A DNA stretch of 64,000 nucleotides from Raja brachyura. Its lineage: Eukaryota. Below are positions 61,792 to 64,000 of this stretch, one piece after another. The position numbers and the translations under genes were made by a program. The stretch's first letter is position 1. Every line of letters starts with the position of its first letter. The notes under the pieces are model-generated. The model did no database searches, had not been told where the DNA came from, and saw only the letters and a list, made by a program, of their open reading frames with translations. The stretch spans positions 23,188,001 through 23,252,000 of the forward strand of contig OY740820.1 of the NCBI GenBank assembly GCA_963514005.1, in the 5' to 3' direction.

Positions 61792-61839
61792 ATGCAAAAA
61801 ACTGAAAGGAAAAAGAGACGGAAAAAAGAAACTGACATT
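61792..61839 (+). CDS. MYO9A: MYO9A exon W (48 nt, precedes C1 domain): MQKTERKKRRKKETDI
   Basis: ttcag| acceptor, ATT|gtaagt donor. Confidence 0.93.
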
Positions 61840-61852
61840 GTAAGTTGTCTAA

Positions 61853-61945
61853 TTCTCCTGTCATGCGTGTTCTGTGCTTGGTTCAGAGTTCTCCTGTCAT
61901 GCGTGTTCTGTGCTTGGTTCAGAGTTCTCCTGTCATGCGTGTTCT
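61853..61945 (+). repeat. 36-bp tandem repeat, about 2.6 perfect copies
   Basis: Unit ttctcctgtcatgcgtgttctgtgcttggttcagag starting at 61853, 61889 and 61925. Confidence 0.95.
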
Positions 61946-62403
61946 CGCAACTTCTACTGAAGTGTGGATGGCTGTTGGCTCGCTAGGAGCTCATCCGCCC
62001 TTTGACAGGTCTTGTTTTCGGTCCTGCTGGGGGTCCACAGCCCCCTCCTCACCTGGCAAACCAGGTGGGGGAGATGGTTTAGTCGCCGACTATCCGACCA
62101 CGGAGCAGGTAGAATGGGATTACATGGTACCCGTGGCGGGGGGATCTCCCCCGACCTGACCTGCTCTATTTTGGGCGTTATTTATTTAATCTATATTCTG
62201 TAATTGAGCATTATTATGTGGCATAGCACTACATTGACCATTTGTATTGATATTTCTTCTCTCCATGAATGCAGGAGAAGCTGTTGTAGGAGAATGTAGG
62301 AGTAAGATGCTTACAAAGCCTTTCAGGCCTCTTATCTCCTTCTCTCACTACCTTTTATGTTTTCATCTCTGAATTTTGTCAAAGCCTGTATCCACCTATA
62401 AAG

Positions 62404-62680
62404 GTCTGAAGAATGGTCTCGACTCAAAACGTCATCTATTTGTTTTCTCCAGAGTGTGACCTGCTGAGTTACTCCAGCTTTTTGTGTCTATCTTCAGTGT
62501 AAACCAGCATCTGCAGTTCCTTCCTCCACCTATCACTCGCCCAGATTTGTCCCGCTCCCATCTTCCGGATATTACCTCACTACTACAATCAGTCTGAAGA
62601 AGTGCCCTGACCAGAAATGTCATCAATCCATGTTCTCCTGAGATGCTGTCTGAGCCACTGAATCACTCCAGTACTTTCTA
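62404..62680 (+). mobile_element. Two tandem/nested decayed Penelope-like copies
   Basis: gtctgaagaa...aaacgtc at 62404 and agtctgaagaag...gaaatgtc at 62591; tccacctat duplicated. Confidence 0.65.
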
Positions 62681-63464
62681 TGTTTTAAGGAGGCATATGT
62701 TTTTTGACTATTCATCAAACACAAATTGCTTTGGCAATAGTTGTTTGTGCTCATAAGACACTATTTCCGCACAGAAATGAGACAGAAAATACCAGTGGCT
62801 CAGTTGTTTATACCAGTTGAAGTTGAAAATACCAGTTGAAGGCTGAGTTGTTTTTCTTGCTTTCGAGACCAATTTTCGATCCATTTCTCCGTGTCCTGTG
62901 GTTTGCCACTGACATTACATAATCTGTGAACCTCATTTTGCTGCTATCTCTGGAAATGTTGACTCATTCTGTGAGGTAGAAAGATCAGCTGATCATGATC
63001 CATCAGGAAAGGTTGAGCTCATTCTGCTTGTAAAACAATCACTGATAGTTAGTGTGCAAGATATCGCCTTGGCACAGTCTATGGGCTTTATCGCTTGCAG
63101 CTGTTTAGCCCTTTTTCCCTTCATATTTCTGAGATTAGTAGCCTTATCCTGGGTCGTACTTGAATGTAATGCACCATCTACATGTAAAGGCTATTCCCAA
63201 AATATTCCTCAACTCTATCTGACTTTACCTTTTCATCTGGTGTGAATATGTTTAAATCCTTGCATTACCCACACTCTTAAAGAATGTTGGGGATAAAAGG
63301 CCTACTCTTATTGTATTTAACAAGGTATTGCACATGATGTGAAGCTAATATCTCTTTTAACCTTTTGGAAGTCCATTTCATGTGTAACAATCTGCTTTCA
63401 ACATGGCAGTTTGAATATAATGATACAGGATAATTAAGCTGATGTCAAAGATTAAGATGCACAA

Positions 63465-64000
63465 ATAGAGTCATACACCACCCAAATAGGCCCTTCGGCC
63501 AAACTTGCCTCCTGCCGACCAAGATGCCCCATCTACTTACGTTTGGCTACATCCCCCTAACCTTTGTACCTGTCCAAATGTCTTTCAAATGTTGTTATAA
63601 TACCTATCTCAACCACTTCCTCTGTCAGCTCAGTCCATATATCCACCACCCTCTGTGGGGAAAAAGTTACCCCTTAAGTTCCTATTAAATCTTTCCCCTC
63701 TCACCTTAAACCTATCTCCTCTGGCACTTGATTCCCTTACTCCAGGTAAAGGACTCTGTGCACTCACCTTGTATATCCTCTCGTGATCTTATGCACGTCT
63801 ATAAGATCAGTCCTCAGCCTCCTGCGCCCCAAGGAATAAAGTCCTAGCCTTCCCAACCTCTCCCAATAGTTTGGGCCCTTGAGTCCTGGCAGCATCCTCG
63901 TAAATCTCTGCACCCTTGCCAGATAAACAACATCTCTCCTACAATACCTCAAATGCAGCGTCACCAACTCCTTGTACAACTGTAACATAACATCCCAACT
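63465..64000 (-). mobile_element. CR1 LINE 3' fragment running off the window end
   Basis: MLQLYKELVTLHLRYC..QRFTRMLPGL..RLGLYSL (ORF 63764..63988). Confidence 0.85.

Larger units (their letters stand above)
695..61839 (+). other. MYO9A: Partial MYO9A (unconventional myosin IXa) gene, 23 coding exons in window, both ends outside window
   Basis: Spliced exons give a continuous 1588-codon frame with [17 protein letters not shown], the class-IX loop-2 insert ([38 protein letters not shown]), [26 protein letters not shown] motifs and tail motifs (RRMRELEQAIFSL, KSIRYKDLYALFEQILEK). These match my recollection of MYO9A better than MYO9B. Confidence 0.95.

Noticed and set aside
61853-61945. 36-bp repeats as a CRISPR array
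   Set aside because: Units are contiguous with no spacers, the context is a vertebrate intron, and there are no cas genes.
62785-62853. Short imperfect repeats (aaaataccagt, agttg)
   Set aside because: Local slippage duplication with no further structure.

Overview
Eukaryotic, AT-rich, repeat-dense vertebrate DNA. The repeat families (CR1 tails, HE1-like V-SINEs) suggest a cartilaginous fish, probably a skate or ray; this is inference. The whole window lies inside one + strand gene, unconventional myosin IXa (MYO9A). I read 23 consecutive coding exons by hand (695..61839; 4764 nt, 1588 codons, all splice phases compatible). They cover the C-terminal half of the motor domain (switch II, the class-IX loop-2 insert, converter), the IQ neck, the large tail exon, and the tail up to just before the C1 domain. 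The start, C1 and RhoGAP exons lie outside the window. One intron is GC-AG. The introns hold CR1 LINE fragments (young and old), Rex1/Babar-like 3' ends, V-SINE remnants, two PIF/Harbinger-type MITEs, and many short Penelope-like element (PLE) copies. The PLE copies are the most notable system. They carry a minimal hammerhead-ribozyme motif (CTGAAGA-A-GGGTCTCGACCC-GAAA-CG-TC), form fold-back inverted repeats, have 9-16 bp target-site duplications with junction microhomology, and show recurrent end points. Candidate extra cassette exons (75 nt in loop 2; a 23-nt microexon in the tail) are also flagged. Almost all ORFs in the supplied track are spurious or transposon-derived.
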